Shown piece by piece: positions 1 to 10,717 of a stretch of DNA of 44,067 bases. Source of the DNA: a virus. Lineage: Duplodnaviria; Caudoviricetes. The number at the start of each line of letters is the position of its first letter. Within the stretch, counting starts at the first letter, position 1. Below the pieces are notes generated by a model. That model was not told where the DNA came from. It searched no databases and saw nothing but the letters and a program-made list of their open reading frames with translations. Where the stretch lies: IMG/VR virus record IMGVR_UViG_3300037634_003240, positions 1 through 44,067 of that record. One strand, given 5' to 3'. The translations under genes and the position numbers were made by a program.

Positions 1-438
1 TATACCAAGTATACCTGATGCACCATATGTAGATGTGTTATCTCCAGTAGGACTTACCTTGTTACTATGATCATATGAGAACCTTGTAATAGGTCCCTCA
101 AAGAACTCCTCGGCAATGTCTACTATCTTTATCTGTATGGGCGTATAGTCTACATCCATATATCTACCGAATCCATCTACCCTATTCCAGTCTGGAACTG
201 TCTCACTGAGATCTTCTCTCCAGAGTCTACGGGGATAATTAGGATCGACTGTATTGAGACCAGTATTGGAATTAAGTCTGTCAATAGAATCCTTGACAGC
301 TTCCATACCATCTCCCCATACGGCGTTGACAATTTGCCATCCATCAGATGAGACATCAGTACGTGTCTTCATCCAACCCGGTAATTGACTAACTATCCTA
401 TGGGTTTCTGCTGAATCATGAAATGTTCTTAGAGGCAT
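1..438 (-). CDS. Partial (3'-truncated) putative baseplate wedge protein, gpI/gp7-like
   Basis: Not in the ORF track. ATG at 438 abuts the baseplate J stop, and the frame is open to the window edge (MPLRTFHDSAETHRIVSQLPGWMKTR...). N-terminal LPxW motif and position after baseplate J. Confidence 0.6.
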   Translation of the reverse strand, partial: MPLRTFHDSAETHRIVSQLPGWMKTRTDVSSDGWQIVNAVWGDGMEAVKDSIDRLNSNTGLNTVDPNYPRRLWREDLSETVPDWNRVDGFGRYMDVDYTPIQIKIVDIAEEFFEGPITRFSYDHSNKVSPTGDNTSTYGASGILGI

Positions 439-1686
439 TTAGTCACACAATGTAATGAATTTATCGGAGGTGTACCATACGTGTAGTGAGCTATCCAGAT
501 CAAGATTCGTAGGTATATCGAATGCCTGATCATCACCCTCAGAACTACGTGTAGATGCATTGTATGTGAATCTGATGAATCTCTCTATATCCATATCAAA
601 GATCTTCTCATCAACTTCAAGTACTCTCTGGATTAATTCATTAAGTACGAATGACTCACCAAGAGGTATATTTACAATGTAGTCAACTACTGCTCTTCGA
701 GCCAATTGACGTATCAGTGCTCTGTTAGCTTGTGGTCTGTAGGTTAATTTAATCTTTACTTCTAGACCATTGTATACTGGTCTTTTAATGTTAGCTCTGT
801 TACCTGATGCAGTAACTGTATTAACTGCTTGTTGTACTGCAGATATAAGTCCATCAGATACAACTGGTTGCTTTGCTTGAATTATAATAGCGAAAGAACC
901 TAGTCCGCCATCGTACGGAACGAAGATTGCATTACGTACACCAGGTACACTAAGTGCAGCTCTTACAACTGCAGTCTCATTACCTGTCTGTAGTTCGGAT
1001 ACGGTATCGGCAATTCTTGCACGGAACGCATCGTCACCCTCTTCGAATGTACCGTTCTCAATTGGCATTCTATTATCTACCAGTATGAACGGTTCGATTG
1101 TTAATAGTTCTGGTTGTCTTTGTTTTAAGTTGTGCGTATTTAACTGACCCACAGATACGTTAAATGAACTACCTACAGAACCAGCAATTACTGAAACAAA
1201 TGATTCAGTATCAGTGTTACTCAGTGTTACATTTTCTGTAGTAGTATATGCGATGCCTCCTCTTGCAGTAAGAGTGGCTCCAGCTTTAATCGTAAATGAT
1301 GTCGTAGACAAAGTAGAAGGATTCGCAGTAACGGTTGCATCGGGTACCTTAGACGCAACTATACCAGCCGCAGATAATCCAGTAGATGGATCTATGAAAA
1401 ATCTGACGTTTCTGCTATCATCAAAAGCTCTTGTTGCTCCACCGCGAGTCTTTCCGAATAGGGCTCCAAACTTATTATCCAGAGCATCACCGCTAGCTCT
1501 AGTAAAACTCGTAGCCTCATCGATACTTTCTATCTCAGCGTAAGCATTCTTAAGTTCAAATGCAGCTATCTCTGCGAGTATTTGAGCAGTAGATCCTTGA
1601 TTTGTAGCAGTGACTCCGGATCTAGCAAGAAGAATCTTAGTGACTCTGTCCCTAATCTCCTCTTCTGTTCTAGTTAAAACGGGCAT
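439..1686 (-). CDS. Baseplate J-like wedge protein (P2 gpJ / T4 gp6 family)
   Basis: Motifs ASGDALD..G..FG..R, G..FNV..G, NG...EGDDAFRARI, ALSVPGV. SD GGAGGGAG upstream. Confidence 0.9.
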   Translation of the reverse strand: MPVLTRTEEEIRDRVTKILLARSGVTATNQGSTAQILAEIAAFELKNAYAEIESIDEATSFTRASGDALDNKFGALFGKTRGGATRAFDDSRNVRFFIDPSTGLSAAGIVASKVPDATVTANPSTLSTTSFTIKAGATLTARGGIAYTTTENVTLSNTDTESFVSVIAGSVGSSFNVSVGQLNTHNLKQRQPELLTIEPFILVDNRMPIENGTFEEGDDAFRARIADTVSELQTGNETAVVRAALSVPGVRNAIFVPYDGGLGSFAIIIQAKQPVVSDGLISAVQQAVNTVTASGNRANIKRPVYNGLEVKIKLTYRPQANRALIRQLARRAVVDYIVNIPLGESFVLNELIQRVLEVDEKIFDMDIERFIRFTYNASTRSSEGDDQAFDIPTNLDLDSSLHVWYTSDKFITLCD

Positions 1687-2181
1687 TTACTCCCTCCGAA
1701 ATCGTTTCTGAAACTTGTTAGTAATTTCTGTTGGTGCAACGTAATCACCGTCATAAATTGGTTCAGTCGTATCTGGTTCTTGGACTGGTACGAACGTGCC
1801 GCTTTCTATATTAACGGATAGATGTGAGACAACTGTACGTTGTCCTACACCATCAATTGCTACTACTATATTAATTGTCTCTTTGGATGTTGGTATTACT
1901 TTGATGTCTAGTGTTGCAGGTAGGTGTATTGCATCCTGTCCTAAACTATGAGCAACAGCCTCTCTAATTCGTCTCCCGGTATCTCTTGAGTTTGGTTCTC
2001 CGGTGAATCGTGAAAGGTCTGCGCCTAGGGAAGGATGGTGTTTCCAATCTCGTCCAGATCGTAATCGTTTATTTGCTTCTCTTAGATACCAATCTTCGCC
2101 GGACGTTATGGCAATGTCACCATTCTCGATAGCTATGTCGCCATCGAGTGTCATCTTTATATCTCTAATAGCCTCATACAT
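1687..2181 (-). CDS. gp25-like baseplate wedge / sheath initiator protein
   Basis: DIKMTLDGDIAIENGDI...DWKHHPSLGADL pattern, directly upstream of baseplate J. ATG 2181 preferred over TTG 2196 because GGGGA lies upstream of it. Confidence 0.75.
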   Translation of the reverse strand: MYEAIRDIKMTLDGDIAIENGDIAITSGEDWYLREANKRLRSGRDWKHHPSLGADLSRFTGEPNSRDTGRRIREAVAHSLGQDAIHLPATLDIKVIPTSKETINIVVAIDGVGQRTVVSHLSVNIESGTFVPVQEPDTTEPIYDGDYVAPTEITNKFQKRFRRE

Positions 2182-2218
2182 ATATAATCCCCACAAGAAA
2201 TGAATAGCCCCAATTGTA

Positions 2219-2920
2219 TTAAGTGAGGGAAGAAAGTGATTTAACTCCAGAAATTACCTTGGTACCTGATCTCGCAGTCTTAACAACATTACTCAAACTA
2301 CGAAAGAATCTACCCGAAGGAATTTCTGCACATACAGGAAATACACAGAACGAAGGTAGCACGAGTTGTCTCATAGGATTACTTCTTAATAGATTGTTTC
2401 TCGTCTCTTCGTGTTGTCTGTGAGTCCTGCCATTTATATAGATCTCATCTGCAAGTACTATCTCAGTACCGGTTCCACGTAGCACAAGAGAACCATCCTT
2501 TCGTGCAGATATTCCAGTAGGGAATTCTCCACCTCTACCCTTGAGTACCCACTCTTCTCCCTCAGGAGCTTCACCACTAGTCTTAAGATGTACACTAGGA
2601 AGGGAAGTAGACTTAATCTTCCAGTCTTCAAATTGAGCAACCTGTAGAAGGATCCCCATTCCTGGAACTACAGTATTCTCATCTATAGGTTTAACGTCCC
2701 AGTTATGTAGATGCAATATCATATGTATCGTATGCCTGGGCTCTATAAACGTACCAATAGTTGCGAGATATGTATACATAGTTTTACCATCAGGGTGACG
2801 AATACGTATTGTATTAGTAGGTTGATCGTACGCGTTCTCCCCATCGATCTCAGCGAACGACCAGGTCTTCGGTGTACTTTGTCTACTCTGTGTATAGCTG
2901 TCAATTTTTGGTGCTGGCAT
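2219..2920 (-). CDS. Putative baseplate spike/central protein (gpV/gp5-like), uncertain
   Basis: Precedes the gp25-like gene. Short beta-strand-like run (GISARKDGSLVLRGTGTEIVLADEIYING). Start moved to ATG 2920, which forms a TAATG overlap with the endolysin stop. Confidence 0.4.
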   Translation of the reverse strand: MPAPKIDSYTQSRQSTPKTWSFAEIDGENAYDQPTNTIRIRHPDGKTMYTYLATIGTFIEPRHTIHMILHLHNWDVKPIDENTVVPGMGILLQVAQFEDWKIKSTSLPSVHLKTSGEAPEGEEWVLKGRGGEFPTGISARKDGSLVLRGTGTEIVLADEIYINGRTHRQHEETRNNLLRSNPMRQLVLPSFCVFPVCAEIPSGRFFRSLSNVVKTARSGTKVISGVKSLSSLT

Positions 2921-3747
2921 TATTTCACATGTCTCCCAGATACCCACCCTTCAGTACTTATCTTAATCCACTGTCCATCAGTATCGAGTATCTTCACTTC
3001 CGTACCCTTATTTAGATGTCCTAGTTTATCTCCACTAGTGTTAGGTGCACTTCTGACATTAAGTACATCATCAGGAAGTACATCAACTACACCTGAGAGG
3101 TCTTCGATTTGTGTATCTACTTCTGCTTCTTCATCCTGATCTCTGGAATTCAAGAGTCTATCTCTGAATCTATCTAGAGGGAATACAGGACCTGGATCAG
3201 TCTTACGTCCCGGAGAGATCTCTTCGTGTCCAACGATCTCTTTGATGCCATACATCTCTATCAGTGTTGCGCATAGTTCCCAACACGCATCCATTTGGAC
3301 TTTAGTATAAGCATGCCAGTACAACGGCGCTTCAGTTGAAAGAAATGAACCTGCATACTCTACTTGATCCTTAGGGATAACCTTCTTGTACCATGTTCTA
3401 TATGTCTCATCGGGACTTTCAACGAGAGGTCCAGCATTAACAATCTCTATACCTATAGAGTATTTGTTGTATCCACTACGACCCTTCCATGAAGATCTAC
3501 CTGCATGCCATGCTACTTTGTTAAGTGGTACGAGTTGTACGAGCTCTCCATCTCTACCTAGTACAAAGTGTGCACTTACCTTACGAGCAGGATCACTAAG
3601 GGATCGTACTGCTCCATCAGTAGATGTCTGCGCAGTATAGTGAAGTACAATTGAATCAGGAACAAGATGCCCACCGTGATTAGGAGATAGTTGAACTGTC
3701 GTATTGTCGATCTCTTCGCAGAGACCCGTGTTTCTATCTATTATCAT
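2920..3747 (-). CDS. Endolysin: N-acetylmuramoyl-L-alanine amidase (Amidase_2/AmpD-like) with C-terminal SH3b domain
   Basis: IVLHYTA, VSAHF, AWHAGRS, SIGIEIVN, VGHEEISPGRKTDPG, then LNVRSAP...GWVSG. Confidence 0.93.
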   Translation of the reverse strand: MIIDRNTGLCEEIDNTTVQLSPNHGGHLVPDSIVLHYTAQTSTDGAVRSLSDPARKVSAHFVLGRDGELVQLVPLNKVAWHAGRSSWKGRSGYNKYSIGIEIVNAGPLVESPDETYRTWYKKVIPKDQVEYAGSFLSTEAPLYWHAYTKVQMDACWELCATLIEMYGIKEIVGHEEISPGRKTDPGPVFPLDRFRDRLLNSRDQDEEAEVDTQIEDLSGVVDVLPDDVLNVRSAPNTSGDKLGHLNKGTEVKILDTDGQWIKISTEGWVSGRHVK

Positions 3748-4343
3748 TATCCGATCTCCCTTACACCTGACTTAGCAGGAGTTTCTTTAGACTTGTCTTC
3801 AATAATTTTGTTCTTGTCGCTACTTCCTTTAGACGATCCAAAGTAGTAACTCAGTACTTGAGTGAACCCGCCACCAAGGATACCGATAGTAACTAACAGT
3901 ATTTGACTGTCAGGAATAATAGCAAAAAGCAATGCGCAAATTGCTCCAAGGAAACCAATAATAACTAGCCATGCTAGGGAGGTCATACTCCAGTCTCTAC
4001 CACCAGTAGATTTAAGGAATGCTTTCTCTCTGCTTCTAGCGTCTCCTCTATCCTTAAGGAACGCTTTCTCTTCCTCAAGTTTAATTCCTGCACCTTCTAA
4101 AGCAAGTTCCTTGAGTCTGACTTTGTTATCTGCTTCTAGTTTCTTTAGCTTATATACAGTATCAGGATTACTCTCTATGTGCTTGATGATCTGATCTTCA
4201 TCTTCTGTAGTAACACCCAGCTCACTAGCAACCATACTTATAGCAGTACTCGATAGAGATGCGGGTCCTCCAAGTGCACTTCCTAGAAGAGGAAGTCCTT
4301 TCTTCTTCAGGAAGCTTCCGAGCTTACCTAATTTACCAAACAT
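3747..4343 (-). CDS. Holin (3TM-holin-like)
   Basis: DRGDARSRE followed by two hydrophobic helices and YYFGSS. TAATG-coupled to the endolysin. Confidence 0.8.
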   Translation of the reverse strand: MFGKLGKLGSFLKKKGLPLLGSALGGPASLSSTAISMVASELGVTTEDEDQIIKHIESNPDTVYKLKKLEADNKVRLKELALEGAGIKLEEEKAFLKDRGDARSREKAFLKSTGGRDWSMTSLAWLVIIGFLGAICALLFAIIPDSQILLVTIGILGGGFTQVLSYYFGSSKGSSDKNKIIEDKSKETPAKSGVREIG

Positions 4344-4352
4344 ATTATCTCC

Positions 4353-7300
4353 TTACTTGTCTAAGTCGCCAGGCTCAGGTCCAGCGGCTCCGCCAACCTG
4401 AAATATAAGTTCTTGGAATGCATGCTTGTATCTACCCATTCTATGATCCTGTATTGTGTTGGTTCTCATACCATCAAGTCCAGCTTGTAGATGCTGTCCA
4501 TTCAACCACAGTCCACTGTAGTGCACTACATTCCCACCAAACAATCTTCCTGTTGCATTCGTCCACGTACTAAGTGTTTCTCCAAATCCATCAATTCCTC
4601 CAGTAATGATACCTACAAGAGGAGCTCTCTTACCTAACCATAGCAATCCTCTACCTGCGTATCGTCCTCCTCTCTTTAAGGCAGTCATATTAGAGTCACT
4701 CAATGCTGCAGCATCTCTAGGATAACTTAAATTCATTCCTAATGCACGCTGTGTTCCTGCTGCACCTCCAACCCATTTAGCTAGACTCTTAAGTGGTAGT
4801 CCAAATAGTAATCCTTCTGTTGCTCCCCACGCAGTCTTAACCCAACCCTTGTAGTATTCCCACTGTATAAAGTCAGGATCTAACAGACTTGCATAGTTCT
4901 GTTGGTATACGACTGCATTAGGAACTATCTTAGTTGTGAAGCCTTCGCTTCTTGACATCTTATGGATCACTGTATCTACTTCAATAGGACCCTGCATATC
5001 ATTGTAATCATCCTGTATATAGAGTACATCCCATGGTTTAATTCCGGGTTGTCCTACGATACACAGCTCACCCGTGTACATAGGTTGTAGATGATTTGCA
5101 AGTATAGTATTAGCTACTCTGATGTATGATGGAATCCACAGCTTATCAGTAGGTGATCTATAGAAGTCAACGATTGCATCTTTACCTATAGCTCTCTTAA
5201 CACTTAAGAAGGATCCAATTTCATCGTACCAGTTAGTATCAATATTCTTCTGGAAGGTCTCCACGACTCTTCTATATTCTGCTTTGACGTCATCATCGAT
5301 AACTGCTCTGTATGATCTTACCGCATCATTCAACGCTTCAAATGTAGTAGCTCCAATTCTAGGATCTGTCATTAAAGGATAAGTAGAAGGAAAGTTGAGA
5401 ACAACTTCATTAGCCATACCTTCAGCATCAGCAGTAATCTTGTTACTAATGATATGTCTGTAACTGTCAACCATCCAATGATTCTGGAATGGTTTATAGT
5501 GTGGATGATTCGCAAAGAATCTTCTTGCTCCTTCTTGATCCCGCTTCTTTAGGCTTTCATGACCTACTGCATCCTCCGATACGGTACCTCTCTTCAGTAC
5601 TCTAACTACATCGGTAGTAAGACCGAACCGTATACCGTCGAATACTCCTTTCATTATTTGATTAAATTGAGTCTGAGTTACTCCCGTACTAGTAGCAGCT
5701 TTAAGAATAGCAATGTCAGTTAAATGTAATGAATCCATTTCATTGAAATCATATGATCCATTTAAGATAGATATTAATGATTCGACATGTGACTCGACCA
5801 TGGCACTGCTGTGAGTACTTATCTCTTCGATTAAGTATCGAGGAGTTAGCTTAGTAGAGATACTCGGATCTAATGGACTATTAATCCACTCGGTCAGATT
5901 CTCATATCCTCTATCCTTTATACCATCATAGAAAGGATCAGTAGTTCTAAAACTATATAAGAATTTAGTTGTGATTGCAGCAATTATACCTTCATCTGCA
6001 AATATTTTCAAGAATGATGGATCAGAACTAAGTCCGCGCAAATCATTACTTACAAGGTTAATGAGCTCTTCATCGGTGAACTTTTTCTTGCGTATGAAAT
6101 CACTTTCGTATACTATTGCTGTCTGTCCAGCAAGATTAGTTATAAGTGGATCGTCTGAAAACTTATAGTATCCATCCTTAGGTCCAAGGTACAGAGTCAT
6201 TCTCTGTTCAGTAGAATTCGGCGAGCTCTCATCATTGAAGAACATAGGTCTTACTACATAGTTAGGTACATATAGTGCTACCTCTTGTAGTGCATCCCAT
6301 GCAGTTTGATTAAAGATTCTCCAGTCAAAGGTAGCATTAGTCCATGGTAGCATGCTATCGCTGTAACTTAAATATATATTTTCGCTCATGTTGTTCCTCT
6401 TACCCACAGCTTCTGCAAGTAAATCAGAACCTATCGCTCCAAGTATACTCTCTGCCCAACGACTCTGACCACTGAGTCTGATCTCATCTCTCTCATTGAA
6501 CATGCTCCATCTACCAAAGTGATCAAGTCCGTCTCCAGTCTCATTCAGTATTCGTGTAGCTACATCGCCCAATGCTTTGTCAAAGGATCCCCAGGATATA
6601 TCGATACCCGCTCCCGATCCAACTGGGTTATAAAGTTCTGCTCCCCATCCCTGACAGACTATCTCTATCTCTTCTCCTGCAGGTACCTCACTAACGCTAC
6701 CCATGAAGACTAGCGGAAGCTGCATTGGATCCGTACCATATCCCATTCTAATAGCAACACTGATTCCTGGTCTCAGGAACAGACTACGTATGTTTTGTTC
6801 TTCTACAGTATTCTGTCCTGTAACTTCAGCATCTCTTACAGCATTAGGATTGGTAAGTACTCCTGAGATGTTAGACAATTTAATGATGGCAACATCTGAT
6901 GCCGCTCTCTTACTCTTGATAATAGAGATTTCTTTCACTGCACTATAGCTATAGAAGTCATCAAACAGTTGCCAGTTAGATGCATCTTCTTCTATAAAGT
7001 AAAGCTTGAATGTAGGGAATGCTCTATCGTATGAACCAGTCGCATCATTCTTATGAACTTCTTCTGCTCTTCTTAGGATATCAAGTTTTCTCAGAATAGA
7101 GTTGTAGTTCTCCATACCGTAATACTTAGTTATCAGACCAGCTTCTTGTTCCATGCCCTGAGTCATTCTAATGTATTCATCAAGTAGATTCTGTACTGCT
7201 TCCTTTGCTTGTCTCTGAGTCAGTTCGTTATTAAAGTTGCCACCCTTCTGATCAAATGCTTGCTTTGCAAATGTCCTAAGTTGAAGGAGGGTTTTCTCAC

Positions 7301-10300
7301 TGATACCATCCCCAGAAGGAATCTTATCAAGTACAGCAAACAGAGCACTCTGATCTGAAGGAGAGAACTTAGCAGCAAGATCCTTTGTAACATCTCTATC
7401 ATCAGCAGCAGAGATAGTATCAAACTTCACATTAGAGAACAACGCAGAAGTGATAGCCTGCATAGCAATCAATCTCAATATCTGAATATCTCTTACGCTT
7501 CTAACGAAGTCAGTGTACTCAGCTTTACTATTGAGGTGAACTTTACCTGGATGGTCATCCTTTAGTCCCCTTAGTTTTCTTTCAGAATCTAAGAATGCAA
7601 TTATCTGTGCCTCAGTTTCTTTACGAGTATTACCCGTAGGTACTCCCATGGTATGATTATTACCCTGTCTATCTATAAAGCTATATGACTCGTCCAGGTC
7701 ACCAATAGAAAGAAGTTCCTCTTTGAGTTCTCCAACAACTGCTTTGTTTGCAATCGTAGCTTGCGCGACTCTATTAGTCATGAAGTTCAAGCTTTTATTT
7801 ATACTTGAAAATATGTGCGCATCCATTGCTATCTTATCATAGAGATAGAACGAAGGAGATGTATATCTATTGGTTCCATTTATAGGTGGAAGATCCAAAT
7901 CAGGATAACATGTATGAATTGACTTAACTGATCCAACAGTACCAGACTTGCCTGGTCTCTGTTGCTTGTTAAGTTGAGCACTCCATAGTTCATGAAGATT
8001 TTCTCTATTGAAACTTTGTCTCGTAGGTTCATGCTCTATGAGTCTAATTATTTTAGCTCTAGCATTATGAGTATTGATTATGTCTCTTAACCTAGCAGCA
8101 CCTTCAACTGTCTTCTCTATAATATCAGCAACAACTTGATCCTTACCAAATGCAACCCCTAGAACTATACCCATTGGAATTCCTACCCATCCCTTAGCTT
8201 GAGCCCTTAGACTCTTTAGGACTATGTAGTCTCTAGCCATTTCCTCAATGAGGTCTGACCAACGACCTGTAGGTCTAGGTCCCCTCTTACTTATATCTGG
8301 TATATCTTCAACAGTTACATTAGGATCAAGTTCACTAACTCTATCTGCAACCCATACTAACAGTTCCTGGATTACATATTGTACCATCTCATTGGTTACA
8401 ACTTTAGTACCAGTTAATTGTTCTGCTTGGAACGCAAGTAGATCAGCCTGTTGCATTCTCATGGATATATTATATATACCCGGTGAGCCTTTAACATTTG
8501 ATATACTCATGTTCTGTATTATAAGAAAGTTAATACCTAGGGATCTCAATAGATGTCCAGGGAGTATAACCTCGATTCTCGTATCTATGTATGAGTAGTA
8601 CTCTGCATTCGAAGCGTTAGTAGTGAATGCTGTATGAGTCATAAGCGCATTCATAACTCTTAGTTGCTTCACGAGCTCAGTAGAATCAGTCTCTATATTT
8701 ATAGTTACACCAAATTCACCCACGCCCATATGTTGATATGTTGGTATGTTGTACTGTGCAATTTGTATTGGAGTTAACGGGTTATCATAGGTAGCATTGA
8801 TTCCTGTAATTTTAGCGTAGCCAGGAAGGTCTTGACCGTTCACGGATCCAGCAGACATACCGCCAATAATGAAGAACTCATCAAGAGGATCAGAACCTTG
8901 ACGTGCTTCAAGTTCTTCTGTATATGATTCAACGATAGCATCCATAACTTCTTTAAGTTTGGCTAATGCTTTTGGTTCGTCTCCTCCACCGATCTCCTTT
9001 ACCATCTCTTGTAATCTAACACCTATAGATTCAATACGACCAGTCTCAAAGCTTCCCTGAGGTGCGTCTCTTTCAGATATGTTTTTACCAACATTACCAA
9101 GGATAATACTGATCTTGGAACTTAGTGATCCTATGCTGCTCAAGTGTCGTTGAGCTATTCTTGCAGGAAGATTAAGTGCAATATCAGCTTCTTCTACAAG
9201 GATACTCCATCTCTGCGAGATAGTATTAGTAATGTTTTCGGAGTTACCATGATCTTCCAGTCCTTCTCTATGTTCTATTATATCGACTATAGCACTTTGC
9301 TTTGCAGCAATGGAATCTCTCAGATTATGCATTCTAGTAAAGATAGTATCTGTTGTGTACTGATACTTAAACATTAGTAGATCATTAGTCTCAGGAGTAT
9401 ACTCTTCAAGTTGTATTCTATGATCAGTAGCCTTGAACGATGTACCTGGATTCTCGTACTCATCAAAACCAAATCGCTCTGTGTCTTGGAGATCGTTGTA
9501 TTCAGGAAGTAGACCGTAGTAATATCTTCTATATAGTGGAGACTCACGTACGTCTGCAACAGGAGTAGTTTGGTTATCAATCAACTTGCGTTCTAATCTA
9601 CCAACTCTATCCCATGAATTCTGTGATGCTGCTTCTGAATCAGGAACAAATCCAAATGATGGATAGTATGGTGAGTGATTGAATAGCATTATTGTAAGTG
9701 TTGCTTGTAGTGAATCAGGATATCCCGGAATTGTCGCTACAGAGATACCGCGTAGACATACGGGTATCGCCGAGTACTCTTTCGTAACTGCAAGATCATT
9801 TGTACCTTCACGTATAGTTTCGCCATCGACCAGTTCCATTGCGTCATTAGGTCCACCTACAATAGGAGTCAGAGCCTTGGCTACTAACTCATTTCTCATA
9901 GTAGTGAATGGAGTTCTTTTGAACTGTGCAATGATAGGTCTAAGCTCAAAGTTAATGGATGCAGAACTTGGGAACTCAAGTACTAAACTCATCTCCTGCA
10001 CAGAGGTCCCCGTATTGATCTTAGGCGAACCCTGAGATCGTAATGTATCCATGGAGTAATGAGCATCGCTCGTATCGATAGAGATATCGATAGGTGGTAC
10101 CGTAAGCCATGTATCTCCAATCTGAGTAGCACCTGGCTTCTTAGCCTCTGGTGGGTCCTTCAAGAATTGGGGGATAGTTCTTGTATTAGGTCCTTCTCCG
10201 TCACGTACGGTATATGTAGCAAGATTTATTTCTTCTTCGGTGAATACGACAGGAGAATCGAATTCTAATGAGTTAATTGTACCGTCAGCTTCTATCTGTC

Positions 10301-10715
10301 TTGGAGGAAAGACTCCACGTGGACCGGTACTTTCGATATGTAAGTGATCACTTTCAACAATACACTCTAACCCTTGTATTTCATTATTAACAAAGTCACG
10401 TACAGTAGTTACACCTACGCCACCTACGATAGTTCTCTTACGTAGATCGCATGCAAGTCCGTCCTGATGAAAAGTGTATGCAGGTACACTCTTGCCTCTG
10501 CTTTTATAGAGTGCAGCATTCTCCTTCGAACTTCTCATGAGTTCTGTTATAACCCATGGAAGTTGCGGAAACCTAGCAGCTATTTTGAAAATAGCATTAC
10601 GTATTATAGAATGAACTCTTCTATTGGAGAATTCCTCATATATCTTTTTACTATTGCAGTAGATATTCCTATAGATCTTGTAACCTAAGTCACCATGTTT
10701 AGTTAGTTGTGGCAT
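4353..10715 (-). CDS. Giant baseplate hub protein (gp27/gpD-like) with N-terminal M15-type Zn peptidase domain
   Basis: N-terminal HQDGLACD...DHLHIE. Hub-like segments LRPGISVAIRMGYG...VFMGSVSEV...IVCQGWG and GELCIVGQPGIKPWD...VIHKMSRSEGFTT. Gly-rich hydrophobic C-terminus. Confidence 0.7.
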   Translation of the reverse strand: MPQLTKHGDLGYKIYRNIYCNSKKIYEEFSNRRVHSIIRNAIFKIAARFPQLPWVITELMRSSKENAALYKSRGKSVPAYTFHQDGLACDLRKRTIVGGVGVTTVRDFVNNEIQGLECIVESDHLHIESTGPRGVFPPRQIEADGTINSLEFDSPVVFTEEEINLATYTVRDGEGPNTRTIPQFLKDPPEAKKPGATQIGDTWLTVPPIDISIDTSDAHYSMDTLRSQGSPKINTGTSVQEMSLVLEFPSSASINFELRPIIAQFKRTPFTTMRNELVAKALTPIVGGPNDAMELVDGETIREGTNDLAVTKEYSAIPVCLRGISVATIPGYPDSLQATLTIMLFNHSPYYPSFGFVPDSEAASQNSWDRVGRLERKLIDNQTTPVADVRESPLYRRYYYGLLPEYNDLQDTERFGFDEYENPGTSFKATDHRIQLEEYTPETNDLLMFKYQYTTDTIFTRMHNLRDSIAAKQSAIVDIIEHREGLEDHGNSENITNTISQRWSILVEEADIALNLPARIAQRHLSSIGSLSSKISIILGNVGKNISERDAPQGSFETGRIESIGVRLQEMVKEIGGGDEPKALAKLKEVMDAIVESYTEELEARQGSDPLDEFFIIGGMSAGSVNGQDLPGYAKITGINATYDNPLTPIQIAQYNIPTYQHMGVGEFGVTINIETDSTELVKQLRVMNALMTHTAFTTNASNAEYYSYIDTRIEVILPGHLLRSLGINFLIIQNMSISNVKGSPGIYNISMRMQQADLLAFQAEQLTGTKVVTNEMVQYVIQELLVWVADRVSELDPNVTVEDIPDISKRGPRPTGRWSDLIEEMARDYIVLKSLRAQAKGWVGIPMGIVLGVAFGKDQVVADIIEKTVEGAARLRDIINTHNARAKIIRLIEHEPTRQSFNRENLHELWSAQLNKQQRPGKSGTVGSVKSIHTCYPDLDLPPINGTNRYTSPSFYLYDKIAMDAHIFSSINKSLNFMTNRVAQATIANKAVVGELKEELLSIGDLDESYSFIDRQGNNHTMGVPTGNTRKETEAQIIAFLDSERKLRGLKDDHPGKVHLNSKAEYTDFVRSVRDIQILRLIAMQAITSALFSNVKFDTISAADDRDVTKDLAAKFSPSDQSALFAVLDKIPSGDGISEKTLLQLRTFAKQAFDQKGGNFNNELTQRQAKEAVQNLLDEYIRMTQGMEQEAGLITKYYGMENYNSILRKLDILRRAEEVHKNDATGSYDRAFPTFKLYFIEEDASNWQLFDDFYSYSAVKEISIIKSKRAASDVAIIKLSNISGVLTNPNAVRDAEVTGQNTVEEQNIRSLFLRPGISVAIRMGYGTDPMQLPLVFMGSVSEVPAGEEIEIVCQGWGAELYNPVGSGAGIDISWGSFDKALGDVATRILNETGDGLDHFGRWSMFNERDEIRLSGQSRWAESILGAIGSDLLAEAVGKRNNMSENIYLSYSDSMLPWTNATFDWRIFNQTAWDALQEVALYVPNYVVRPMFFNDESSPNSTEQRMTLYLGPKDGYYKFSDDPLITNLAGQTAIVYESDFIRKKKFTDEELINLVSNDLRGLSSDPSFLKIFADEGIIAAITTKFLYSFRTTDPFYDGIKDRGYENLTEWINSPLDPSISTKLTPRYLIEEISTHSSAMVESHVESLISILNGSYDFNEMDSLHLTDIAILKAATSTGVTQTQFNQIMKGVFDGIRFGLTTDVVRVLKRGTVSEDAVGHESLKKRDQEGARRFFANHPHYKPFQNHWMVDSYRHIISNKITADAEGMANEVVLNFPSTYPLMTDPRIGATTFEALNDAVRSYRAVIDDDVKAEYRRVVETFQKNIDTNWYDEIGSFLSVKRAIGKDAIVDFYRSPTDKLWIPSYIRVANTILANHLQPMYTGELCIVGQPGIKPWDVLYIQDDYNDMQGPIEVDTVIHKMSRSEGFTTKIVPNAVVYQQNYASLLDPDFIQWEYYKGWVKTAWGATEGLLFGLPLKSLAKWVGGAAGTQRALGMNLSYPRDAAALSDSNMTALKRGGRYAGRGLLWLGKRAPLVGIITGGIDGFGETLSTWTNATGRLFGGNVVHYSGLWLNGQHLQAGLDGMRTNTIQDHRMGRYKHAFQELIFQVGGAAGPEPGDLDK

Positions 10716-10717
10716 AT

